Positions 25,201-38,900 of a DNA stretch of 64,000 nt are shown here, one piece after another. This DNA is from Balanoglossus misakiensis. Taxonomy: Eukaryota; Animalia; Hemichordata. The stretch is from assembly GCA_040954595.2 (NCBI GenBank), contig CM082591.2:10123309-10187308 (forward strand). Direction: 5' to 3'. Below the pieces are notes generated by a model. It worked only from the letters and a program-made list of their open reading frames with translations. It was not told where the DNA came from and did no database searches. Each line of letters opens with the position of its first letter. The first letter of the stretch is position 1. The position numbers and the translations under genes were made by a program.

Positions 25201-28200
25201 CTCTGAAAATTCTCCGCCCCCTGGAAGTAAATTCTGAACAGTCCCTTATTAAAGCCAACAGCTAGCACCCTGGCTTCTCTGCCAGAGGAGCGATAACATC
25301 GACAAAATGCAGATACACAAGAAATGAGCACTTTATTCCACAAGTGAAGTAGTCTGTTCCCTGCCCCATTCCCACCGCTGGCTGCGCCCTTTAGCGTAGC
25401 GCCGATGGCAGTGGGAATGGGGCAGGGGACCAGACTACAAGTGAAGAACCCCAGTAACAGACGTAACGAACAAACAAACTACATGTACTAACAACAAAGC
25501 AAGAAAAGTTTCAAGCGTCGTCAAAGAAAACGAAAAAGTTCTAGCATGGTTGGTAAAAGTTATTGGTAGAAAACGAATAGGGCCTCCTACAAATGACGTC
25601 TCAGACCCGCAAACGCCACCAGAACACAAAACACATGCACAGAACAGTTTAAGCCGGTTGTTGTATGGAGCAGCAATAATCTGCGGTTGGGCCGTCGTAG
25701 ATTTTCGCTGGTGGTGAAAATAAATAAAACACGGTCGATGTTCGATTTATTCCAGATCACATGCGTTTACGGCCAGGAGAGAGCATAAAAGTCTTCAAAT
25801 GACCATGTGGTGGCGCACTTTTTCCGATTGGCTGTATTTCAATTTGTTCGTGGTAAATTAATTTTGTGGAGGTGACCGGCACTGAAGCTCTTAGCTAGGA
25901 TGAGGTGGGATGGAAAAATGCCCCATTTTAGCTGTTTTAAAATATACGACTATTTATAGACAAAAGGAAAACAAAACAAGCGCAAAAACATACCAAACCT
26001 AGTTTTATTAATTAAAAACAAAATTGCTGAGTAAAGGTTTTCATGTGGGCATTCACTTTGAACTTGCTAAATTAATTTAAAGAGACAAAGTCGCTCTCTC
26101 TTTGTCCTTTTGCGATGATAGAATGCTTGCTTGAAGTCTCTCGTGCAATAAATGATGTCGATTCATACATGTATGGATGGTGTATAGGTGGTCGGAATTT
26201 ACATGTCTTTGCCACGACCAAACCAACAACACGTAAAATCAAAGTTTGGGTCATGAAATCGAGTTTTGTTACAGTCTAGAATTTCATGCCACCCCTTATG
26301 GTCATATTATTCTTGGTAGGCAAAAGTGACAAGTAGTCAAGTTTCAACACAGGCAACATTTTTTACAAACAAACCACAAAGAAGACATCAAAAGGGAGAG
26401 AATTATAGAATGGTCAATGTGTGAAAAGTTAAGATAGGTAAAGTGGCCGGGTTCAACATTAACTCATCGACTTCATATCGTCTTCATGCCATCGTTTTTG
26501 CCTGCCCTGAAAGTTCTTGTCGTTGCAGAAGTGGTTTTGACAGAAAGAATTTAGTCTTCCGGGATGTTTGTGATTATTTGAACACCAGACAATACAATGC
26601 AACCTTGACTTCCAAAATACTTACCGGCATTGCATTATCTTAGCATGGTTAGGCCTACAGTGAACAAATGTTCAACAATATTTTCTGAGTTACCGCTGAT
26701 ATTTGTTTTGTAGTATGGATATTAAATTATACATCCCGATACAAAACAGAATGTTATAGAATCCTTCCTGAGTGATATTGAAAAAATTACCGGAATGCTA
26801 CCACCTAATCTATGGTTAGGGTTATTGCTATTATTTTATATCAGTAATCGACTTTGTGTATATCAATGTCATTTTCATAACGAAAATGAACTCGAGTCTA
26901 ATGTAAACGTTACGAATTGATCGAAAGGCGCTCTGATGAATGTTAACACGAGTAGGCAGTGACAAGACATGCATCGTGCATGACAGTGACAACAGTTCAT
27001 ATAGAGCAGTTAAAAAATAAACCGGCCGTCCGTAAATTTATCAGCTATATTTTTTTTTATTTAGTCACGTTTTCCCTGTTGCATGCTATTAGTTCAGGGG
27101 CCACTTTTAGCAGTGCTCTATTGAGTACTTTCGTATCGATGGATTGATCTCTCGTCCAATCAGAATGGCGGATGGTAGCATGATCCGACATATTGCGTAT
27201 TACAATAGGGCTTCCTCATACAGGTCAGAACGGAGAGGTCATTCCTTTTATTTTAGGACGTCTCAGCTCCTTTGTCTTTTCTGTTATAGTGTTAAATAAA
27301 TCAAACGGTTTTGTTTTGGCCGGTAAACACTGATGGATTAACTCTTAAGTCCATCGTGCATCCAAACGCAGTCGAGTCGGTTTGGTCATTGTTTATGCGA
27401 CAGTAAATGCCAAATGTGACAGAAGCATCATATTAAATGAGATAGAATACACAAACAAACAAACATACGAATAAACAAACAGGCAAACAAACAAACAAAC
27501 AACCATTAGGGACTGTTCAGAATTTACTTCCAAGTTGGGGATGGAGGTTTTTTTATTTTCCTGGTGATTTATTTCCATGGTCTCCCCTAGTAAATTGTGG
27601 AGGAAATATGTGGTCCCTCCTTAAATTTCCTGGGGATTTTCCATGGTCCCCCTATTGTGACTTTTATGTCTAGTCTCCCCTAATTTGTCTTGGAGAAAAT
27701 GGATGGTCCCCCCCCCCTCTGAAAATTCTCCGCCCCCTGGAAGTAAATTCTGAACAGTCCCTTATTAAAGCCAACAGCTAGCACCCTGGCTTCTCTGCCA
27801 GAGGAGCGATAACATCGACAAAATGCAGATACACAAGAAATGAGCACTTTATTCCACAAGTGAAGTAGTCTGTTCCCTGCCCCATTCCCACCGCTGGCTG
27901 CGCCCTTTAGCGTAGCGCCGATGGCAGTGGGAATGGGGCAGGGGACCAGACTACAAGTGAAGAACCCCAGTAACAGACGTAACGAACAAACAAACTACAT
28001 GTACTAACAACAAAGCAAGAAAAGTGTCAAGCGTCGTCAAAGAAAACGAAAAAGTTCTAGCATGGTTGGTAAAAGTTATTGGTAAAAAACGAATAGGGCC
28101 TTCTACAAATCACGTCTCAGACCCGCAAACGCCACCAGAACACAAAACACATGCACAGAACAGTTTAAGCCGGTTTTTGTATGGAGCAGCAATAATCTGC

Positions 28201-31200
28201 GGTTGGGCCGTCGTAGATTTTCGCTGGTGGTGAAAATAAATAAAACACGATCGATGTTCGATTTATTCCAGATCACATGCGTTTACGGCCAGGAGAGAGC
28301 ATAAAAGTCTTCAAATGACCATGTGGTGGCGCACTTTTTCCGATTGGCTGTATTTCAATTTGTTCGTGGTAAATTAATTTTGTGGAGGTGACCGGCACTG
28401 AAGCTCTTAGCTAGGATGAGGTGGGATGGAAAAATGCCCCATTTTAGCTGTTTTAAAATATACGACTATTTATAGACAAAAGGAAAATAAAACAAGCGCA
28501 AAAACATACCAAACCTAGTTTTATTAATTAAAAACAAAATTGCTGAGTAAAGGTTTTCATGTGGGCATTCACTTTGAACTTGCTAAATTAATTTAAAGAG
28601 ACAAAGTCGCTCTCTCTTTGTCCTTTTGCGATGATAGAATGCTTGCTTGAAGTCTCTCGTGCAATAAATGATGTCGATTCATACATGTATGGATGGTGTA
28701 TAGGTGGTCGGAATTTACATGTCTTTGCCACGACCAAACCAACAACACGTAAAATCAAAGTTTGGGTCATGAAATCGAGTTTTGTTACAGTCTAGAATTT
28801 CATGCCACCCCTTATGGTCATATTATTCTTGGTAGGCAAAAGTGACAAGTAGTCAAGTTTCAACACAGGCAACATTTTTTTACAAACAAACCACAAAGAA
28901 GACATCAAAAGGGAGAGAATTATAGAATGGTCAATGTGTGAAAAGTTAAGATACGTAAAGTGGCCGGGTTCAACATTAACTCATCGACTTCATATCGTCT
29001 TCATGCCATGGTTTTTGCCTGCCCTGAAAGTTCTTGTCGTTGCAGAAGTGGTTTTGACAGAAAGAATTTAGTCTTCCGGGATGTTTGTGATTATTTGAAC
29101 ACCAGACAATACAATGCAACCTTGACTTCCAAAATACTTACCGGCATTGCATTATCTTACCATGGTTAGGCCTACAGTGAACACATTTTCAACAATATTT
29201 TCTGAGTTACCGCTGATATTTGTTTTGTAGTATGGATATTAAATTATACATCCCGATACAAAACAGAATGTTATAGAATCCTTCCTGAGTGATATTGAAA
29301 AAATTACCGGAATGCTACCGCCTAATCTATGGTTAGGGTTATTGCTATTATTTTATATCAGTAATCGACTTTGTGTATATCAATGTCATTTTCATAACGA
29401 AAATGAACTCGAGTCTAATGTAAACGTTACGAATTGATCGAAAGGCGCTCTGATGAATGTTAACACGAGTGCGCAGTGACAAGACATGCATCGTGCGTGA
29501 CAGTGACAACAGTTCCTATAGAGCAGTTAAAAAATAAACCGGCCGTCCGTAAATTTATCAGCTATATTTTTTTTTATTTAGTCACGTTTTCCCTGTTGCA
29601 TGCTATTAGTTCAGGGGCCAGTTTTAGCAGTGCTCTATTGAGTACTTTCGTATCGATGGATTGATCTCTCGTCCAATCAGAATGGCGGATGGTAGCATGA
29701 TCCGACATATTGCGTATTACAATAGGGCTTCCTCATACAGGTCAGAACGGAGAGGTCTTTCATTTTATTTTAGGACGTCTCAGCTCCTTTGTATTTTCTG
29801 TTATAGTGTTAAAGAAATCAAACGGTTTTGTTTTGGCCGGTAAACACCGATGGATTAACTCTTAAGTCCATCGTGCATCCAAACGCAGTCGAGTCGGTTT
29901 GGTCATTGTTTATGCGACAGTAAATGCCAAATGTGACAGAAGCATCATATTAAATGAGATAGAATACACAAACAAACAAACATACGAATAAACAAACAGG
30001 CAAACAAACAAACAAACAACCATTAGGGACTGTTCAGAATTTACTTCCAAGTTGGGGATGGAGGATTTTTTATTTTCCTGGTGATTTTTTTCCATGGTCT
30101 CCCCTAGTAAATTGTGGAGGAAATATGTGGTCCCTCCTTAAATTTCCTGGGGATTTTCCATGGTCCCCCTATTGTGACTTTTATGTCTAGTCTCCCCTAA
30201 TTTGTCTTGGAGAAAATGGGTGGTCCCCCCCCCCCTCTGAAAATTCTCCGCCCCCTGGAAGTAAATTCTGAACAGTCCCTTATTAAAGCCAACAGCTAGC
30301 ACCCTGGCTTCTCTGCCAGAGGAGCGATAACATCGACAAAATGCAGATACACAAGAAATGAGCACTTTATTCCACAAGTGAAGTAGTCTGTTCCCTGCCC
30401 CATTCCCACCGCTGGCTGCGCCCTTTAGCGTAGCGCCGATGGCAGTGGGAATGGGGCAGGGGACCAGACTACAAGTGAAGAACCCCAGTAACAGACGTAG
30501 CGAACAAACAAACTACATGTACTAACAACAAAGCAAGAAAAGTGTCAAGCGTCGTCAAAGAAAACGAAAAAGTTCTAGCATGGTTGGTAAAAGTTATTGG
30601 TAGAAAACGAATAGGGCCTTCTACAAATGACGTCTCAGACCCGCAAACGCAACCAGAACACAAAACACATGCACAGAACAGTTTAAGCCGGTTGTTGTAT
30701 GGAGCAGCAATAATCTGCGGTTGGGCCGTCGTAGATTTTCGCTGGTGGTGAAAATAAATAAAACACGATCGATGTTCGATTTATTCCAGATCACATGCGT
30801 TTACGGCCAGGAGAGAGCATAAAAGTCTTCAAATGACCATGTGGTGGCGCACTTTTTCCGATTGGCTGTATTTCAATTTGTTCGTGGTAAATTAATTTTG
30901 TGGAGGTGACCGGCACTGAAGCTCTTAGCTAGGATGAGGTGGGATGGAAAAATGCCCCATTTTAGCTGTTTTAAAATATACGACTATTTATAGACAAAAG
31001 GAAAATAAAACAAGCGCAAAAACATACCAAACCTAGTTTTATTAATTAAAAACAAAATTGCTGAGTAAAGGTTTTCATGTGGGCATTCACTTTGAACTTG
31101 CTAAATTAATTTAAAGAGACAAAGTCGCTCTCTCTTTGTCCTTTTGCGATGATAGAATGCTTGCTTGAAGTCTCTCGTGCAATAAATGATGTCGATTCAT

Positions 31201-32900
31201 ACATGTATGGATGGTGTATAGGTGGTCGGAATTTACATGTCTTCGCCACGACCAAACCAACAACACGTAAAATCAAAGTTTGGGTCATAAAATCGAGTTT
31301 GGTTACAGTCTAGAATTTCATGCCACCCCTTATGGTCATATTATTCTTGGTAGGCAAAAGTGACAAGTAGTCAAGTTTCAACACAGGCAACATTTTTTAC
31401 AAACAAACCACAAAGAAGACATCAAAAGGGAGAGAATTATAGAATGGTCAATGTGTGAAAAGTTAAGATACGTAAAGTGGCCGGGTTCAACATTAACTCA
31501 TCGACTTCATATCGTCTTCATGCCATGGTTTTTGCCTGCCCTGAAAGTTCTTGTCGTTGCAGAAGTGGTTTTGACAGAAAGAATTTAGTCTTCCGGGATG
31601 TTTGTGATTATTTGAACACCAGACAATACAATGCAACCTTGACTTCCAAAATACTTACCGGCATTGCATTATCTTACCATGGTTAGGCCTACAGTGAACA
31701 CATTTTCAACAATATTTTCTGAGATACCGCTGATATTTGTTTTGTAGTATGGATATTAAATTATACATCCCGATACAAAACAGAATGTTATAGAATCCTT
31801 CCTGAGTGATATTGAAAAAATTACCGGAATGGTACCGCCTAATCTATGGTTAGGGTTATTGCTATTATTTTATATCAGTAATCGACTTTGTGTATATCAA
31901 TGTCATTTTCATAACGAAAATGAACTCGAGTCTAATGTAAACGTTACGAATTGATCGAAAGGCGCTCTGATGAATGTTAACACGAGTGCGCAGTGACAAG
32001 ACATGCATCGTGCATGACAGTGACAACAGTTCCTATAGAGCAGTTAAAAAATAAACCGGCCGTCCGTAAATTTATCAGCTATATTTTTTTTTATTTAGTC
32101 ACGTTTTCCCTGTTGCATGCTATTAGTTCAGGGACCAGTTTTAGCAGTGCTCTATTGAGTACTTTCGTATCGATGGATTGATCTCTCGTCCAATCAGAAT
32201 GGCGGATGGTAGCATGATCCGACATATTGCGTATTACAATAGGGCTTCCTCATACAGGTCAGAACGGAGAGGTCTTTCATTTTATTTTAGGACGTCTCAG
32301 CTCCTTTGTATTTTCTGTTATAGTGTTAAAGAAATCAAACGGTTTTGTTTTGGCCGGTAAACACCGATGGATTAACTCTTAAGTCCATCGTGCATCCAAA
32401 CGCAGTCGAGTCGGTTTGGTCATTGTTTATGCGACAGTAAATGCCAAATGTGACAGAAGCATCATATTAAATGAGATAGAATACACAAACAAACAAACAT
32501 ACGAATAAACAAACAGGCAAACAAACAAACAGACAACCATTAGGGACTGTTCAGAATTTACTTCCAAGTTGGGGATGGAGGATTTTTTATTTTCCTGGTG
32601 ATTTTTTTCCATGGTCTCCCCTAGTAAATTGTGGAGGAAATATGTGGTCCCTCCTTAAATTTCCTGGGGATTTTCCATGGTCCCCCTATTGTGACTTTTA
32701 TGTCTAGTCTCCCCTAATTTGTCTTGGAGAAAATGGGTGGTCCCCCCCCCCCCCTCTGAAAATTCTCCGCCCCCTGGAAGTAAATTCTGAACAGTCCCTT
32801 ATTAAAGCCAACAGCTAGCACCCTGGCTTCTCTGCCAGAGGAGCGATAACATCGACAAAATGCAGATACACAAGAAATGAGCACTTTATTCCACAAGTGA
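10260..32900. repeat. Higher-order duplication within the macrosatellite (monomers 5-8 repeated as 10-13, offset ~12.59 kb)
   Basis: Private variants recur at a +12584 to +12589 offset: AAATTATGTC (11046/23636), GTTTCAAGC (12921/25509), TCTTAGCATGG (~14051/~26639), GGTAAAAAACG and AATCACG (~15495/~28081), GACGTAGCG (~17911/~30495). Confidence 0.9.
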
Positions 32901-35900
32901 AGTAGTCTGTTCCCTGCCCCATTCCCACCGCTGGCTGCGCCCTTTAGCGTAGCGCCGATGGCAGTGGGAATGGGGCAGGGGACCAGACTACAAGTGAAGA
33001 ACCCCAGTAACAGACGTAACGAACAAACAAACTACATGTACTAACAACAAAGCAAGAAAAGTGTCAAGCGTCGTCAAAGAAAACGAAAAAGTTCTAGCAT
33101 GGTTGGTAAAAGTTATTGGTAGAAAACGAATAGGGCCTTCTACAAATGACGTCTCAGACCCGCAAACGCCACCAGAACACAAAACACATGCACAGAACAG
33201 TTTAAGCCGGTTGTTGTATGGAGCAGCTATAATCTGCGGTTGGGCCGTCGTAGATTTTCGCTGGTGGTGAAAATAAATAAAACACGATCGATGTTCGATT
33301 TATTCCAGATCACATGCGTTTACGGCCAGGAGAGAGCATAAAAGTCTTCAAATGACCATGTGGTGGCGCACTTTTTCCGATTGGCTGTATTTCAATTTGT
33401 TCGTGGTAAATTAATTTTGTGGAGGTGACCGGCACTGAAGCTCTTAGCTAGGATGAGGTGGGATTGAAAAATGCCCCATTTTAGCTGTTTTAAAATATAC
33501 GACTATTTATAGACAAAAGGAAAATAAAACAAGCGCAAAAACATACCAAACCTAGTTTTATTAATTAAAAACAAAATTGCTGAGTAAAGGTTTTCATGTG
33601 GGCATTCACTTTGAACTTGCTAAATTAATTTAAAGAGACAAAGTCGCTCTCTCTTTGTCCTTTTGCGATGATAGAATGCTTGCTTGAAGTCTCTCGTGCA
33701 ATAAATGATGTCGATTCATACATGTATGGATGGTGTATAGGTGGTCGGAATTTACATGTCTTTGCCACGACCAAACCAACAACACGTAAAATCAAAGTTT
33801 GGGTCATGAAATCGAGTTTTGTTACAGTCTGGAATTTCATGCCACCCCTTATGGTCATATTATTCTTGGTAGGCAAAAGTGACAAGTAGTCAAGTTTCAA
33901 CACAGGCAACATTTTTTACAAACAAACCACAAAGAAGACATCAAAAGGGAGAGAATTATAGAATGGTCAATGTGTGAAAAGTTAAGATAGGTAAAGTGGC
34001 CGGGTTCAACATTAACTCATCGACTTCATATCGTCTTCATGCCATGGTTTTTGCCTGCCCTGAAAGTTCTTGTCGTTGCAGAAGTGGTTTTGACAGAAAG
34101 AATTTAGTCTTCCGGGATGTTTGTGATTATTTGAACACCAGACAATACAATGCAACCTTGACTTCCAAAATACTTACCGGCATTGCATTATCTTACCATG
34201 GTTAGGCCTACAGTGAACAAACTTTCAACAATATTTTCTGAGTTACCGCTGATATTTGTTTTGTAGTATGGATATTAAATTATACATCCCGATACAAAGC
34301 AGAATGTTATAGAATCCTTCCTGAGTGATATTGAAAAAATTACCGGAATGCTACCGCCTAATCTATGGTTAGGGTTATTGCTATTATTTTATATCAGTAA
34401 TCGACTTTGTGTATATCAATGTCATTTTCATAACGAAAATGAACTCGAGTCTAATGTAAACGTTACGAATTGATCGAAAGGCGCTCTGATGAATGTTAAC
34501 ACGAGTGCGCAGTGACAAGACATGCATCGTGCATGACAGTGACAACAGTTCCTATAGAGCAGTTAAAAAATAAACCGGCCGTCCGTAAATTTATCAGCTA
34601 TATTTTTTTTTTTATTTAGTCACGTTTTCCCTGTTGCATGCTATTAGTTCAGGGGCCAGTTTTAGCAGTGCTCTATTGAGTACTTTCGTATCGATGGATT
34701 GATCTCTCGTCCAATCAGAATGGCGGATGGTAGCATGATCCGACATATTGCGTATTACAATAGGGCTTCCTCATACAGGTCAGAACGGAGAGGTCATTCC
34801 TTTTATTTTAGGACGTCTCAGCTCCTTTGTCTTTTCTGTTATAGTGTTAAATAAATCAAACGGTTTTGTTTTGGCCGGTAAACACCGATGGATTAACTCT
34901 TAAGTCCATCGTGCATCCAAACGCAGTCGAGTCGGTTTGGTCATTGTTTATGCGACAGTAAATGCCAAATGTGACAGAAGCATCATATTAAATGAGATAG
35001 AATACACAAACAAACAAACATACGAATAAACAAACAGGCAAACAAACAAACAAACAACCATTAGGGACTGTTCAGAATTTACTTCCAAGTTGGGGATGGA
35101 GGATTTTTTATTTTCCTGGTGATTTATTTCCATGGTCTCCCCTAGTAAATTGTGGAGGAAATATGTGGTCCCTCCTTAAATTTCCTGGGGATTTTCCATG
35201 GTCCCCCTATTGTGACTTTTATGTCTAGTCTCCCCTAATTTGTCTTGGAGAAAATGGGTGGTCCCCCCCCCCTCTGAAAATTCTCCGCCCCCTGGAAGTA
35301 AATTCTGAACAGTCCCTTATTAAAGCCAACAGCTAGCACCCTGGCTTCTCTGCCAGAGGAGCGATAACATCGACAAAATGCAGATACGCAAGAAATGAGC
35401 ACTTTATTCCACAAGCGAAGTAGTCTGTTCCCTGCCCCATTCCCACCGCTGGCTGCGCCCTTTAGCGTAGCGCCGATGGCAGTGGGAATGGGGCAGGGGA
35501 CCAGACTACAAGTGAAGAACCCCAGTAACAGACGTAACGAACAAACAAACTACATGTACTAACAACAAAGCAAGAAAAGTGTCAAGCGTCGTCAAAGAAA
35601 ACGAAAAAGTTCTAGCATGGTTGGTAAAAGTTATTGGTAGAAAACGAATAGGGCCTTCTACAAATGACGTCTCAGACCCGCAAACGCCACCAGAACACAA
35701 AACACATGCACAGAACAGTTTAAGCCGGTTGTTGTATGGAGCAGCAATAATCTGCGGTTGGGCCGTCGTAGATTTTCGCTGGTGGTGAAAATAAATAAAA
35801 CACGATCGATGTTCGATTTATTCCAGATCACATGCGTTTACGGCCAGGAGAGAGCATAAAAGTCTTCAAATGACCATGTGGTGGCGCACTTTTTCCGATT

Positions 35901-38900
35901 GGCTGTATTTCAATTTGTTCGTGGTAAATTAATTTTGTGGAGGTGACCGGCACTGAAGCTCTTAGCTAGGATGAGGTGGGATGGAAAAATGCCCCATTTT
36001 AGCTGTTTTAAAATATACGACTATTTATAGACAAAAGGAAAATAAAACAAGCGCAAAAACATACCAAACCTAGTTTTATTAATTAAAAACAAAATTGCTG
36101 AGTAAAGGTTTTCATGTGGGCATTCACTTTGAACTTGCTAAATTAATTTAAAGAGACAAAGTCGCTCTCTCTTTGTCCTTTTGCGATGATAGAATGCTTG
36201 CTTGAAGTCTCTCGTGCAATAAATGATGTCGATTCATACATGTATGGATGGTGTATAGGTGGTCGGAATTTACATGTCTTTGCCACGACCAAACCAACAA
36301 CACGTAAAATCAAAGTTTGGGTCATGAAATCGAGTTTTGTTACAGTCTGGAATTTCATGCCACCCCTTATGGTCATATTATTCTTGGTAGGCAAAAGTGA
36401 CAAGTAGTCAAGTTTCAACACAGGCAACGTTTTTTACAAACAAACCACAAAGAAGACATCAAAAGGGAGAGAATTATAGAATGGTCAATGTGTGAAAAGT
36501 TAAGATAGGTAAAGTGGCCGGGTTCAACATTAACTCATCGACTTCATATCGTCTTCATGCCATGGTTTTTGCCTGCCCTGAAAGTTCTTGTCGTTGCAGA
36601 AGTGGTTTTGACAGAAAGAATTTAGTCTTCCGGGATGTTTGTGATTATTTGAACACCAGACAATACAATGCAACCTTGACTTCCAAAATACTTACCGGCA
36701 TTGCATTATCTTACCATGGTTAGGCCTACAGTGAACAAACTTTCAACAATATTTTCTGAGTTACCGCTGATATTTGTTTTGTAGTATGGATATTAAATTA
36801 TACATCCCGATACAAAGCAGAATGTTATAGAATCCTTCCTGAGTGATATTGAAAAAATTACCGGAATGCTACCGCCTAATCTATGGTTAGGGTTATTGCT
36901 ATTATTTTATATCAGTAATCGACTTTGTGTATATCAATGTCATTTTCATAACGAAAATGAACTCGAGTCTAATGTAAACGTTACGAATTGATCGAAAGGC
37001 GCTTTGATGAATGTTAACACGAGTGCGCAGTGACAAGACATGCATCGTGCGTGACAGTGACAACAGTTCCTATAGAGCAGTTAAAAAATAAACCGGCCGT
37101 CCGTAAATTTATCAGCTATATTTTTTTTTTTATTTAGTCACGTTTTCCCTGTTGCATGCTATTAGTTCAGGGGCCAGTTTTAGCAGTGCTCTATTGAGTA
37201 CTTTCGTATCGATGGATTGATCTCTCGTCCAATCAGAATGGCGGATGGTAGCATGATCCGACATATTGCGTATTACAATAGGGCTTCCTCATACAGGTCA
37301 GAACGGAGAGGTCATTCCTTTTATTTTAGGACGTCTCAGCTCCTTTGTCTTTTCTGTTATAGTGTTAAATAAATCAAACGGTTTTGTTTTGGCCGGTAAA
37401 CACCGATGGATTAACTCTTAAGTCCATCGTGCATCCAAACGCAGTCGAGTCGGTTTGGTCATTGTTTATGCGACAGTAAATGCCAAATGTGACAGAAGCA
37501 TCATATTAAATGAGATAGAATACACAAACAAACAAACATACGAATAAACAAACAGGCAAACAAACAAACAAACAACCATTAGGGACTGTTCAGAATTTAC
37601 TTCCAAGTTGGGGATGGAGGATTTTTTATTTTCCTGGTGATTTATTTCCATGGTCTCCCCTAGTAAATTGTGGAGGAAATATGTGGTCCCTCCTTAAATT
37701 TCCTGGGGATTTTCCATGGTCCCCCTATTGTGACTTTTATGTCTAGTCTCCCCTAATTTGTCTTGGAGAAAATGGGTGGTCCCCCCCCTCTGAAAATTCT
37801 CCGCCCTCGGGAAGTAAATTCTGAACAGTCCCTTATTAAAGCCAACAGCTAGCACCCTGGCTTCTCTGCCAGAGGAGCGATAACATCGACAAAATGCAGA
37901 TACACAAGAAATGAGCACTTTATTCCACAAGTGAAGTAGTCTGTTCCCTGCCCCATTCCCACCGCTGGCTGCGCCCTTTAGCGTAGCGCCGATGGCAGTG
38001 GGAATGGGGCAGGGGACCAGACTACAAGTGAAGAACCCCAGTAACAGACGTAACGAACAAACAAACTACATGTACTAACAACAAAGCAAGAAAAGTGTCA
38101 AGCGTCGTCAAAGAAAACGAAAAAGTTCTAGCATGGTTGGTAAAAGTTATTGGTAGAAAACGAATAGGGCCTTCTACAAATGACGTCTCAGACCCGCAAA
38201 CGCCACCAGAACACAAAACACATGCACAGAACAGTTTAAGCCGGTTGTTGTATGGAGCAGCAATAATCTGCGGTTGGGCCGTCGTAGATTTTCGCTGGTG
38301 GTGAAAATAAATAAAACACGATCGATGTTCGATTTATTCCAGATCACATGCGTTTACGGCCAGGAGAGAGCATAAAAGTCTTCAAATGACCATGTGGTGG
38401 CGCACTTTTTCCGATTGGCTGTATTTCAATTTGTTCGTGGTAAATTAATTTTGTGGAGGTGACCGGCACTGAAGCTCTTAGCTAGGATGAGGTGGGATGG
38501 AAAAATGCCCCATTTTAGCTGTTTTAAAATATACGACTATTTATAGACAAAAGGAAAATAAAACAAGCGCAAAAACATACCAAACCTAGTTTTATTAATT
38601 AAAAACAAAATTGCTGAGTAAAGGTTTTCATGTGGGCATTCACTTTGAACTTGCTAAATTAATTTAAAGAGACAAAGTCGCTCTCTCTTTGTCCTTTTGC
38701 GATGATAGAATGCTTGCTTGAAGTCTCTCGTGCAATAAATGATGTCGATTCATACATGTATGGATGGTGTATAGGTGGTCGGAATTTACATGTCTTTGCC
38801 ACGACCAAACCAACAACACGTAAAATCAAAGTTTGGGTCATGAAATCGAGTTTTGTTACAGTCTAGAATTTCATGCCACCCCTTATGGTCATATTATTCT

